Shown: piece by piece, positions 1 through 8,983 of the stretch
Layout: each line of letters starts with the position of its first letter
Position numbering within the stretch: the stretch's first letter is position 1
NCBI GenBank assembly: GCA_043747615.1
Contig: JAYTOU010000003.1
Coordinates: forward strand, 96,001 to 160,000
Length of the DNA stretch: 64,000 nt
From: Myxococcales bacterium
GTDB lineage: Bacteria > Myxococcota_A > Polyangia > Polyangiales > Polyangiaceae
Direction: 5' to 3'
Program-made: the position numbers and the translations under genes
Notes under the pieces: generated by a model
What the model was told of the DNA's origin: nothing
Seen by the model: the letters and a program-made list of their open reading frames with translations, nothing else
The model's database searches: none

Positions 1-20
1 CGAGTACGTAGCTAAAGGAG

Positions 21-794
21 ATGAGGGGCTTGGGTCTTCTGCAGCGCGCAGTTTTGGTGTCGATTCTCGCAGCGACGGCGCTCGCGTGCACCAGTCCGGT
101 CGCCGCCGGCCTCGAGGAAGAAGACGCCAACCGGATCATTGTCGCCCTCGATCACACGAACATCGACGCGACCAAAGAGGTCGATCCGGCGATCGAGGGT
201 AAATTCCGGGTGCTCGTGGCGCGCGACGACGCCTCGCGGGCCCTCATCACCATGCGCGAAGAAGAGCTGCCACGCCCACGACCGGCCGGTGTCCTCTCCG
301 CGATGGACAAGGGCGCTCTCGTGCCGAGCCAAGCCGCGGAGCACGCGCAGCTCGTGGCGGGGCTCGCCGGCGATCTCGAGCGGAGCCTGGAAGGCGTCGA
401 CGGAGTCCTCTCGGCCCGCGTCCATCTGAATGTCCCCGCGCCGGATCCCCTTCGCGACACCGCTCCGCCGAAGTCGTCCGCCAGCGTCCTTCTTGCGTAC
501 CGCGGGTCGACCCCGCCGCTCACCGCCGAGTCGGTGCAGCGTCTCGTCGCCGGTGGCGTGTCGGGGATCGCGCCCGCCGACGTCGCGGTGGTTGCCATCT
601 CCCGCGCCGCCCCCGCCGCCGCGCGCGAAAGCCAGATCGCCCATGTCGGCCCGATCGCCGTCGCCCGCGGATCGATGCGCGCTCTTCAAGCTGCGCTCGC
701 CGGCCTCATCGTCCTCATCGCGCTCTTCGCCACGGCGACACTTGTACTCTACACGCGTCTATCGCGGCTGCGTGAGACCACCGACGGCACGTGA
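21..794 (+). CDS. sctJ: Type III secretion inner-membrane ring lipoprotein, SctJ/YscJ/PrgK (YscJ/FliF) family
   Basis: Lipobox ALAC; 'GLEEEDANRIIVAL', 'LAGDLERSLEGVDGVLSARVHL' and 'SASVLL' motifs typical of YscJ/FliF; C-terminal TM helix. Confidence 0.85.
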   Translation: MRGLGLLQRAVLVSILAATALACTSPVAAGLEEEDANRIIVALDHTNIDATKEVDPAIEGKFRVLVARDDASRALITMREEELPRPRPAGVLSAMDKGALVPSQAAEHAQLVAGLAGDLERSLEGVDGVLSARVHLNVPAPDPLRDTAPPKSSASVLLAYRGSTPPLTAESVQRLVAGGVSGIAPADVAVVAISRAAPAAARESQIAHVGPIAVARGSMRALQAALAGLIVLIALFATATLVLYTRLSRLRETTDGT

Positions 795-1537
795 TCTCCG
801 TCTCAGGGCTCACCAAGCTCCCGGTGCGTGGCGGGTCGCACCCGATCCTCGCCGACGTGAACCTCGTCGTCCCCGAAGGTTGCCTCTACGGACTGATTGG
901 TCCCGGGGCCGCCGGAAAGAGCGTGCTCCTCAAGCTCATCATCGGGCTGCTCAGGCCGGACGCGGGGCGCATCCTCGTTGCCGGCGAAGACGTGACGGCG
1001 CTCTCCGAGCTCGATCTGCAGAAGCTCCGCATGAAGTTCGGGATGCTCTTCCAGAACAACGCCCTCTTCGATCACCTCACGGTGGGCGACAACATCGCGT
1101 TTCCTCTCCGCCGTCTCTACGCCCTCCCCGCAGACGAAGTGCGAACGCGGGTCCTCGAGCGGCTGGCGTGCGTCGCGCTAACCGGGTTCGAGGACCGTAT
1201 GCCCGGCGGCCTCTCCGGAGGCCAAAAAAAGCGGGTCGGCGTGGCTCGAGCAACGGTCACGCGCGCGCCCATCGTGCTCTATGACGAGCCGGCGGCCGGC
1301 CTCGATCCGGTGACCTCGCAGAAAATTTTCGATCTTCTTCGGGCCGAGCAGCGGGCCTCGAACGCAACCGTGATCATGGTGTCGAGCGATCTGGATCGCC
1401 TGCTCACGGTCACCGATCGCGTGGGGATGCTTCTCCGCGGGCGTCTGATCTTCGACGGCACGACGGACGAGGCGAAGGCGAGCACGGAGCCACACGTGCG
1501 GCAGTTCGTCCACGGGCTCACCGAGGGCCCGCTCTGA
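791..1537 (+). CDS. mlaF: ABC transporter ATP-binding protein, MlaF/Ttg2A/Mkl family
   Basis: Walker A GPGAAGKS, 'GMLFQNNALFD', signature LSGGQKKRV, 'YDEPAAGLDP'; GTGA overlap with sctJ stop. Confidence 0.88.
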   Translation: MISVSGLTKLPVRGGSHPILADVNLVVPEGCLYGLIGPGAAGKSVLLKLIIGLLRPDAGRILVAGEDVTALSELDLQKLRMKFGMLFQNNALFDHLTVGDNIAFPLRRLYALPADEVRTRVLERLACVALTGFEDRMPGGLSGGQKKRVGVARATVTRAPIVLYDEPAAGLDPVTSQKIFDLLRAEQRASNATVIMVSSDLDRLLTVTDRVGMLLRGRLIFDGTTDEAKASTEPHVRQFVHGLTEGPL

Positions 1538-1615
1538 TCGGGAAGAAGGCGCTGCTGCCTAGGCTGATTCAGCCCACCCTCGTCTGCCTTTCGCCTCGTC
1601 CATTGACAGAAAGCC

Positions 1616-3787
1616 TTACGCTCGCGGCGCCGAACATTGCATCGCCCTCATGAGATAAGGCGAAGCAGCTTCCATCAAGGGCAGCTCGGCTGCCGGGACA
1701 TCGTACGCCACGAGGTCGTAGTGGCAGAGCGTGCCAAACGGCTTGCCATCAGCAACGTTTCGAAGAAGGACGCCACAGTACGAGATAGCGCCTCCCGTCG
1801 CGGAGTGCGCGCGAAGGCGATCGTCGAGCTGGGCGTTTTCCGTCGTAAACGTGCGCTGCGTCTCACCGACGATCGCGCAAGGGCTGCCGAGCAGCGCCAC
1901 GTCCGCGCCGGTCCTGAGCTCCAAGTTGTGCGAGTCTACGAGGTGAAGACTCCGAAGCGTCGGTGGGTCGAAGTGCTTGATGCTCGTGAAGCGATAAGGT
2001 GTTCTGCTGTTCAAGAAGCGCAGCGCCTCGTGGATGCCGTGCGTCTCCAGCAACTTCTCGAATTTCAAAAAAACATCTGCTCGACCGAGTGCGCTCTCAC
2101 GCTCTCGTGGCGACGATTGCCGGCTCATGTACTCGACGACACCCGAGACGACCCGCAGCAGCTCTGCAGGCTCTACGGGCTTCGCCACGTGCGTTTGGAA
2201 GCCCGCCTCGAGCGCGCGACGGCGATCCTCGTCTCGGGCGTATGCCGTCAACGCGATGGCTGGAATCGCGGCTGCACGCACGCCGGTGAGCGTTCGCACC
2301 CGACGAATCAGCTCGTATCCGTCCGTCCCCGGCATCCCGATGTCACTCAGCAGAATCATCGGCGAGGTCTGCGAAAGAAGCTCCAAGGCACGCTCCGCCG
2401 TCGACGCGGTCGTTACCTCTGCTCCGTTCGTTCGAAGGACCGTTGCGACGAGGTCTCTCGCGTCTGCCTCATCGTCAACGACGAGCACCGTGACACCGCT
2501 CAGATTCGCCGCGTGGAATGGCGAAGCGCTGTTGAGTGGTGGCGGACGATCGGAGGCCGCGCGTTCGGCGAAGACAGCCTGCACGGGCAGGGTAACGATG
2601 AACGCGGCTCCTCTTCCCTCGCCTTCGCTCTCGGCCCGAACCGTTCCACCATGTGCTTCCACGAGATGTCGCACGAGGGCTAGGCCCAGCCCCAGTCCGC
2701 CGTGCCGCCTCGTCGTGCTGCCATCCGCCTGGCGAAAGCGCTCGAAAACGTGCGCGAGAAAGTCCGGCGCAATTCCTTGGCCGGAGTCCTTCACGACCAG
2801 CTGGATGCTCGTCCCCGTGCGCTCAAGGCGTACCTCGACGTTTCCGCCTTTTGGCGTGAACTTGATCGCGTTGTTGGCAAGATTCCAGACGACCTGTTGG
2901 AGTCGGTCGGGGTCGCCGACGATCCGTGCAGCCGCAGGCTCCACCACCACGGACAATTCGATCTTTTTTCCCTCCGCGGCCGGGCGAACGGCGTCGATAG
3001 CGGCCCGGACCAACGCGGTCATGTCGAGTGGTCGGATCTCCAAATGAAGCTTGCCCGAGATGATCCGCGAACCATCCAGGATGTCCTCGATGAGCTGAAC
3101 CTGGGCGAGGGCATTTCGTTCGATGATCTCCATGGCGCGCAAGGTGCCATTGGGGTCGAGCTGGCCGGACCGGAGCATTCGAGCCCACCCGAGGATGGCG
3201 TTCAGAGGCGTTCGCAGCTCGTGCGAGGCAGTGGCCAAGAACTGATCTTTCGCCAAGCTCGCCTCCTCGGCTCGCTGGGTCGCTGCCCGCTGGTCGTGGA
3301 TGTCGGTGCTGATCCCAAACCAGCGCACGATCTTTCCGGCTTCATTTCGGAGCGGCTTGATGCGCGTGATGAACCACCGAAATTCGCCATCTGCACGCCG
3401 CAGAGGGAACTCCATCTCGAAGGGCTCGCCGGTCTGGATGGAGTGGCGCCACCCCTCGAGCACGTTTGGAAGCAGCTCAGGAGCGTGAACTTTTTCCCAC
3501 CCCCAACCCCCTGTCTCGTCGAACGTCGTCCCAGTGTACCGGTACCAGCGCTCGTTCAAGAAATCGACGTAGCCATCCGAAAACGCAGACCACGCCAACT
3601 CTGGAAGGTTGTCCACGAGGCTTCGCAGGACGTGCTCCGCCTCGCCAAGCGCCTCGTTGAGTCGCCGAGCCTCGGCGATCTGCTCCTGCGCCTGGAGCGC
3701 CGCCAACAACAGCTTCTCGTTCGCCTCGCGCTGAAGCTCAAGCAGCGCCTCGCTAGGCAGTTCGGGGACGAGATCCTCCGGTCGCAT
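1616..3787 (-). CDS. Hybrid sensor histidine kinase (N-terminal helix, PAS, HisKA, HATPase, REC, C-terminal GAF)
   Basis: H-box SHELRTPL, N-box NLANNAIKFT, G2 GLGLGL, REC 'VLVVDD...SDIGMP...KP'; start set at ATG 3787 with a GGAGG SD. Confidence 0.92.
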   Translation of the reverse strand: MRPEDLVPELPSEALLELQREANEKLLLAALQAQEQIAEARRLNEALGEAEHVLRSLVDNLPELAWSAFSDGYVDFLNERWYRYTGTTFDETGGWGWEKVHAPELLPNVLEGWRHSIQTGEPFEMEFPLRRADGEFRWFITRIKPLRNEAGKIVRWFGISTDIHDQRAATQRAEEASLAKDQFLATASHELRTPLNAILGWARMLRSGQLDPNGTLRAMEIIERNALAQVQLIEDILDGSRIISGKLHLEIRPLDMTALVRAAIDAVRPAAEGKKIELSVVVEPAAARIVGDPDRLQQVVWNLANNAIKFTPKGGNVEVRLERTGTSIQLVVKDSGQGIAPDFLAHVFERFRQADGSTTRRHGGLGLGLALVRHLVEAHGGTVRAESEGEGRGAAFIVTLPVQAVFAERAASDRPPPLNSASPFHAANLSGVTVLVVDDEADARDLVATVLRTNGAEVTTASTAERALELLSQTSPMILLSDIGMPGTDGYELIRRVRTLTGVRAAAIPAIALTAYARDEDRRRALEAGFQTHVAKPVEPAELLRVVSGVVEYMSRQSSPRERESALGRADVFLKFEKLLETHGIHEALRFLNSRTPYRFTSIKHFDPPTLRSLHLVDSHNLELRTGADVALLGSPCAIVGETQRTFTTENAQLDDRLRAHSATGGAISYCGVLLRNVADGKPFGTLCHYDLVAYDVPAAELPLMEAASPYLMRAMQCSAPRA

Positions 3788-5258
3788 GTTGGCCTCCGCG
3801 CAGCGCAGGAGAACCGGTGAGAAGGCCGTCATACAGCGTTAGGGGCTCGCCGATCACCAGCACGCCCTTGGAAGTGATTTCATATTCGCGGAGATCTTTG
3901 GAGTGCTGACTACCCCGCACTTTCACGACGGAGATAGCGCGCTTGAGCTGCCCATCGATCTGCAGATAACGCTGCATGATGATGGCATCGCTCAAGAACG
4001 CAATGCCATGCGGGCTGAACTGAAGGACGGTGAACGAATCGGGCAGCTCGACCGTGGACATGACCGTGACGCCCATCCCGGTGAGCGCACCCACCATTCG
4101 GTAGAGCGACTCGCGGAAATCCTCTCGGAACGTCGGCGCCAACGCGAGCTCCAAACCCGACAGCGAGTCGATCACTGCCCGCTTTGCTCCGATGCGGAGC
4201 ACGGCATCGCGGAGCGCCGTCATGGTCTCATCGATCGACAGATCGAGCGGCCGCACGTAGACGATTTCTAATTTCTTGTCCTTGAGGAGGCCGTCGAACG
4301 CATCCCCATGCGGCGTCGTTTGCAGGTAGTCGTTGGGTCGTTTCTCGAAGACGGCGATGACCCCCGGCTCGCCCCGCCGAATTCCATCGAGAATGAACTC
4401 GTTGGAAAGCACCGTCTTGCCCGACCCTGACGGCCCGGCAATCAGCACGGAATATCCTCTTGGAATACCGCCCCCCGTCATTTCGTCCAGAACGGGCACC
4501 CCCGTGGTGATGCGGTTCTCTAGCGGCTTGGCGAAGCCGGTCCCCTCGATCGGCTTCTGAAGTCGAGGAAAGACCTTGAGGCCGTCGTCCGTGATCCGCA
4601 TGGTTTGCAATCCGGGGATCTGCGCCTGTCCTCGCATCTTCTGGACTTGCAACTTCCGAACGACCGAGTTTCGTTCGACGGATTGAGAGAGCACCACGAT
4701 GCCGTCGGCCACGGTGAAGACCGAGTTGTCTTGCGATTCATCCGCCCCGTACTCCCCAAGCATGAACGTGGTCGCTTCGCAGCTTGTCAGGTGCAAGGCG
4801 AGGCGCTGCATGAAGTCCTGCACGTCCGGCTCCCCGTTCGACCCTGCGAGGGTCCTTTTGAGGACGGCGCGAAAAGAGTCCACGACGACGATCGCCGGGC
4901 TCGCCTCGTCCACCTCCTTCAGGATTCGCTCGAGGACCTTCCCCAGCCCGCCTGTCTGCGCCTCCTCACCGAGGTGGATGAAGCGGATGGAGTCTTCCAC
5001 CTTGGAGGCGTCGAAAAAGGAGAGCTGCTGCATGTAGCGGAGCATCTTGAGAGGCGGCTCACCAATGACGGTGAAAAAGAGCGCTTTCCGCTCCGGGCTC
5101 GCGTTGGCAAACATGATCTGATGACCGAGTGTCGTCTTCCCCGAGCCCGCTCCGCCGACGATCAGATTCAAGGAAAACTCGGGGATGCCGCCGCCGAGCA
5201 CTTCGTCGAAGCCGGGCACTCCTGAAGACAACATTCTGATCGGAACCTTGTTGCTCAT
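3753..5258 (-). CDS. KaiC-like two-domain RecA-superfamily ATPase (KaiC/RAD55/GvpD family)
   Basis: Two Walker A motifs (GGAGSGKT, GPSGSGKT), Walker B VVVDS/AVIDS, 'KMRG' and 'KVRGS' motifs, 501 aa. Confidence 0.92.
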   Translation of the reverse strand: MSNKVPIRMLSSGVPGFDEVLGGGIPEFSLNLIVGGAGSGKTTLGHQIMFANASPERKALFFTVIGEPPLKMLRYMQQLSFFDASKVEDSIRFIHLGEEAQTGGLGKVLERILKEVDEASPAIVVVDSFRAVLKRTLAGSNGEPDVQDFMQRLALHLTSCEATTFMLGEYGADESQDNSVFTVADGIVVLSQSVERNSVVRKLQVQKMRGQAQIPGLQTMRITDDGLKVFPRLQKPIEGTGFAKPLENRITTGVPVLDEMTGGGIPRGYSVLIAGPSGSGKTVLSNEFILDGIRRGEPGVIAVFEKRPNDYLQTTPHGDAFDGLLKDKKLEIVYVRPLDLSIDETMTALRDAVLRIGAKRAVIDSLSGLELALAPTFREDFRESLYRMVGALTGMGVTVMSTVELPDSFTVLQFSPHGIAFLSDAIIMQRYLQIDGQLKRAISVVKVRGSQHSKDLREYEITSKGVLVIGEPLTLYDGLLTGSPALRGGQHATGGSRPRTA

Positions 5259-5259
5259 C

Positions 5260-5760
5260 TCACTCGATCTCCTTGAAAGGCCCGGTCTCGTTCATCGCGG
5301 GGAATGCCTTTTTCACTAGTCGCCAGACCAGCCGCTCTCCGATGAAGCTGCTCATGAGTCCGAAGAACGTCGCGTACAAACTTATTGCAACTTCCGACGC
5401 CGTTGCTGCGTCCTGCTTGCTCAAGCAGTCGACGACTTGCCGCGCGACAGAGACGTTGGTTTCAGGCGGAGAATGAGAGGGCGACCCGGTGAACACCGCT
5501 TCAGCGCTCGTAGGTTCGGGAGCAATCGCGATTCCCGCGAGGCAGGAGAACTCGGCCTTGGTCAGCTTTACGCTTCTCGCGAAGAGCGCGCGAACACCCG
5601 CCGCACCAATGACGGGGGCGAGAGCCGTAAAGAGCTTTTCGTACAGACGCCACGCCGCGGCTGCCCTCTCTGCCAAATCCTCCCTATCGCTCCCGACAGC
5701 GCCCGCGTGCGTCAGCAGTTGCTTTGCTGCGTGAACGTGCGCGCCGGTGGGTTTCGCCAT
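5260..5760 (-). CDS. Hypothetical alpha-helical protein upstream of the KaiC-like gene
   Basis: Stop lies 1 nt before the kaiC ATG and its 3' end supplies the AAGGAG SD; amphipathic helices 'LYEKLFTALAPVIGAAGVRALFARS' and 'LMSSFIGERLV'; start uncertain (5760 vs 5799). Confidence 0.7.
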   Translation of the reverse strand: MAKPTGAHVHAAKQLLTHAGAVGSDREDLAERAAAAWRLYEKLFTALAPVIGAAGVRALFARSVKLTKAEFSCLAGIAIAPEPTSAEAVFTGSPSHSPPETNVSVARQVVDCLSKQDAATASEVAISLYATFFGLMSSFIGERLVWRLVKKAFPAMNETGPFKEIE

Positions 5761-6055
5761 TGTGTGCGTGTCGGGGCGGAACATCGCCAAGACGAGCAAT
5801 GACGCTATTCGTCATTCCGGCTGTCGTCGAGCTGCAAAGCGGCAATGCGTCTTCGGAGCGCGCCTCAAGCAAAGCTCTAGCGGTGTGCCCCGATGATTGC
5901 GTACTTCGTCACTCATCGAGCCTCGAGCTCTACCGACCGATCGGGATTTACAATCGGCTCGCCTTCATTGAAAGCCGATGTCGGTAGATCATTGGCGCAG
6001 CGCGAGCGCTTTCAAGTCGAGCGCGGGGTCGCGCGCGGCCCGCGGGAACGAAGAG

Positions 6056-8263
6056 TCACTCCGGCAATTCTCCACGCGGAAGCGTGATCGTGAACTCCGT
6101 GCCCTCGGCAGCCGTTGAGCGGGCGGTGATCGTGCCACTGTGAGCGATCATAATCTGGTGCGAGATGAAGAGCCCAAGACCAAGCCCCTGCGTTGCCTCG
6201 GTCTTCGCATCGCCGGAGCGACGGAATGGGTCGAAGAGCGTCAGAAGAAGCTCGGGATCGATCGGGACACCGCTGTTGTGAACGCAGCACCCCACCTCGG
6301 TTCCTGTCGCATCGACCACAACCCGCACGGGTGCGTCGTGCGCGCCGTGGAAGAGAGCGTTCCCGATGATGTTCGAGAGCACTTGCGCTAGTCGGTCAAT
6401 GTCCCAGACGCCGTCTGCGTTGCCCAAATATTCGGTCTCGATGATGCGGTGCGGCTGCCCGGCCTTGAGCTCCTCGATGATCTGCGCGCAGATCTCGTGA
6501 AGGTTCGCGCCGGCGCGCGATATCGGAATACCTCCGCCGGAGCGGGCCCTGGTGAAATCGAGTATCTGGGAGATCATGCGGGTCATGCGCAGTGCGCTCC
6601 GTTTCACCCGCTCCGTCGTGCGCCGCTCGTTCGCCCCGAGCGTGGGAGAAGCGAGGAGCACGTGTGCGGCCATCGACACGGCGTTTAAGGGATTTCGGAG
6701 ATCGTGGCCGAGCATACCGATGAAGAGCTCGCGAAAACGTTCGCTGTTGTCACGCTCGATGCCGAGCGCGATCGGGTCGGCTACGGCGTTGAGTGCCGCA
6801 AGGATGTCTTCCGAGAGAGTCTGCTTCGCAAAAACCTCGACAACGCCAACGAGACGCCCGTCGACGATCAACGGTTGGCTTGCAAACGCTACTATTCCTT
6901 CACGCGTAGCCCAGTCTTGGTCAACGACCTGAGCATCGCCGATGGCGGCGTTCGTCAGGTACCCCGATCGACTTTGACCGCGCGACGCACGTTTGCGAAT
7001 TCCGATGGGCGTGGGCTGAGCGTCGCTTCGGGCGTCAATCCGGGCGGAAGCACGGAGCTCAAGCATCTCGTTCACCCCGTTGTAGACCCAAATCGCCGAC
7101 GTAGTGCCGAGGGTGGCAAGCCCTTCGCAGCAGAGCACGAGTTGCTCGGTCAAGGTCACGTCCGCCACCAGCGAGCGGCCCACGGCTGCTACGAGCGTGG
7201 CGCGCCTGCGCTCTAGCACTTGTGAGGTTACATCGAAGGCGAATATCGAAACGCCATCGACGGCACCGTGCCCGCCTCGCGTCGCCGCGTATGCGAAGTT
7301 GAAATACACCGTGTCGAGTTTGCCATCACGCATGAGCATCGCTGGCATCTCGTTGCCGACGAAGGGTTGACCTGTTCGCATCACGTCCTGAAGAAGCTTT
7401 TCGAAGACTTGTCCGCGAATCTCCGGCATCACCTCGAAAAGAGGTTTCCCGATGACGCTGCTCGTCCGCCCCCAGACCTCGAGGATGGCAGGGTTGGCGA
7501 ACTCGATGACAAGCTCCGGCCCGCGCAAAAGACCGATGGCCGTTGGCGCCGTCATGAAGAGATCCGTGCGTAGCATCCGCTGACGCTCTTCCTCGACGCG
7601 CGCTTCTTCGGCCTGTCTAAATGCTTCGGCGTTCTCGACGGCAAGCCGCGCGATCGCTTGTTCCGCCTGCCTGAGATCATCGATGTCGGTATTGCTTCCC
7701 ACCCAGCGAACGATCTCCCCGCGATCATTTCGCATCGGTGCCGCGCGCGTGATGAACCAGCGGAAGACACCGTCATGGCGGCGAAGCGGAAAGGATGCCT
7801 CGAATGGCTCCCCGCTCGCGAGCGCGGCTTTCCACATCTCCGTCACGCGTGGAAGAAGCGCCGGGTCGTGTGCCGACTCCCAACCCCACCCCTCCATCTG
7901 CGAAGGCGTCTTGCCCGCGTACTCGTGCCAACGCCGGTTGTAGTAGTAAATCGAGCCGTCTGGGTTTGCTGCCCATCCGAGTTGCGGCATCAAGTCAAAG
8001 AGCGCACGGACAGCTTCGTCTTGCTCTGCGTTCCCGCGAAGCTCTTCGATTTCTCCCTCGACTCGCCGCCGGGCTTCAAGCGCGTCGTCGGTTTCCTCGT
8101 GTGCGCGCAGCGCCGCCAGGACGAGCTCTTCGTTTGCTTCCCGCTGCTCGCTGAGAAGGTCGTCGTGCCGCTCTTCATGCCTTTCGGGCGCGCGATCTTC
8201 TTGCTGCAATTGGTTCTCCACTGGAGCCACGGATAAGGCCCGCGTACGGGCCGAGCGCGTCAC
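6056..8263 (-). CDS. PAS-PAS-GAF sensor histidine kinase
   Basis: H-box GHDLRNPL, N-box NIIGNAL, GLGLGL, two PAS-like segments; true start probably a downstream GTG. Confidence 0.92.
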   Translation of the reverse strand: MTRSARTRALSVAPVENQLQQEDRAPERHEERHDDLLSEQREANEELVLAALRAHEETDDALEARRRVEGEIEELRGNAEQDEAVRALFDLMPQLGWAANPDGSIYYYNRRWHEYAGKTPSQMEGWGWESAHDPALLPRVTEMWKAALASGEPFEASFPLRRHDGVFRWFITRAAPMRNDRGEIVRWVGSNTDIDDLRQAEQAIARLAVENAEAFRQAEEARVEEERQRMLRTDLFMTAPTAIGLLRGPELVIEFANPAILEVWGRTSSVIGKPLFEVMPEIRGQVFEKLLQDVMRTGQPFVGNEMPAMLMRDGKLDTVYFNFAYAATRGGHGAVDGVSIFAFDVTSQVLERRRATLVAAVGRSLVADVTLTEQLVLCCEGLATLGTTSAIWVYNGVNEMLELRASARIDARSDAQPTPIGIRKRASRGQSRSGYLTNAAIGDAQVVDQDWATREGIVAFASQPLIVDGRLVGVVEVFAKQTLSEDILAALNAVADPIALGIERDNSERFRELFIGMLGHDLRNPLNAVSMAAHVLLASPTLGANERRTTERVKRSALRMTRMISQILDFTRARSGGGIPISRAGANLHEICAQIIEELKAGQPHRIIETEYLGNADGVWDIDRLAQVLSNIIGNALFHGAHDAPVRVVVDATGTEVGCCVHNSGVPIDPELLLTLFDPFRRSGDAKTEATQGLGLGLFISHQIMIAHSGTITARSTAAEGTEFTITLPRGELPE

Positions 8264-8409
8264 CTACCGCGAGACGCCGCCCTTAGAGTGGTTCGGTACC
8301 CACATAGCGTTGCGTGATGATGGTGTCACTCAAGAACGCCATACTACGCGCGCTTAAGTGGGGAACAATGGACGAATCGTAGCTCGACCGTGGAGACGAC
8401 GGTCACCGT
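8175..8409 (-). pseudogene. Decayed 3' fragment of a second KaiC-like gene
   Basis: Manual translation gives TVTVVSTVEL / DSSIVPHLSARSMAFLSDTIITQRYV / VGDALGPYAGLIRGS, collinear with intact KaiC GVTVMSTVEL / DSFTVLQFSPHGIAFLSDAIIMQRYL / IGEPLTLYDGLLTGS, with a frameshift, a stop and an internal deletion. Confidence 0.8.
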
Positions 8410-8453
8410 CCGCTCCTCGACGCGACGGCGTTCGAGCTTGCTAGTGTAGAGAC

Positions 8454-8960
8454 GTGAGCCGCGTGCCCTCCCTTCGGGTTGCTTCCGCGTTTCTCGTGCT
8501 CGCTGGATTCGGGTTCCTAGCGGAGAACGGGTGCGGCGGCTCGTGCACGGACACCTTCGTTGTCTCGTTTATCGACTCGCTCCCGGCCCTCGACGTCCAA
8601 GGTCCTTGCGAGCTGACCCTCACCAACAAGGATCGCGTCGCTCGGTATTCCTTGGCCGCGCCAGTCGCCGCCAGGGATGCCATGAGCCCGCTTGGCGACG
8701 GCGGAATCGAGCCCCCGCCCGGGGCAATCTCGTGCGGCGGCTCCACCGCGACATCTTGCGTGGCGATCGCTGGGCCCTCGCTTTCCCCGTGCTCGTGCTA
8801 CCGGACATGGTCCGACCTCTGGCTGGAATCCAGCGAGAAGGAGGCCCACGCCATTGCGGATTTTCTTGGCGCCCAATCCTTCGAGGTGAAGGTCACGTGC
8901 GCACGTGGCTACGTGGTGCTGGAGCAACGTAGCGTGACCACCCAGACCTGCGCGCTCTAG
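8454..8960 (+). CDS. Hypothetical Cys-rich exported protein or lipoprotein
   Basis: Hydrophobic N-terminus followed by Cys; several further Cys; fills the gap between known genes. Confidence 0.6.
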   Translation: MSRVPSLRVASAFLVLAGFGFLAENGCGGSCTDTFVVSFIDSLPALDVQGPCELTLTNKDRVARYSLAAPVAARDAMSPLGDGGIEPPPGAISCGGSTATSCVAIAGPSLSPCSCYRTWSDLWLESSEKEAHAIADFLGAQSFEVKVTCARGYVVLEQRSVTTQTCAL

Positions 8961-8983
8961 TCCGCGCGGTGCGCACGAAGAGG

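Noticed and set aside
3753..5258. Circadian clock gene kaiC sensu stricto
   Set aside because: No kaiA/kaiB nearby and phosphosite positions read AF; called KaiC-like only
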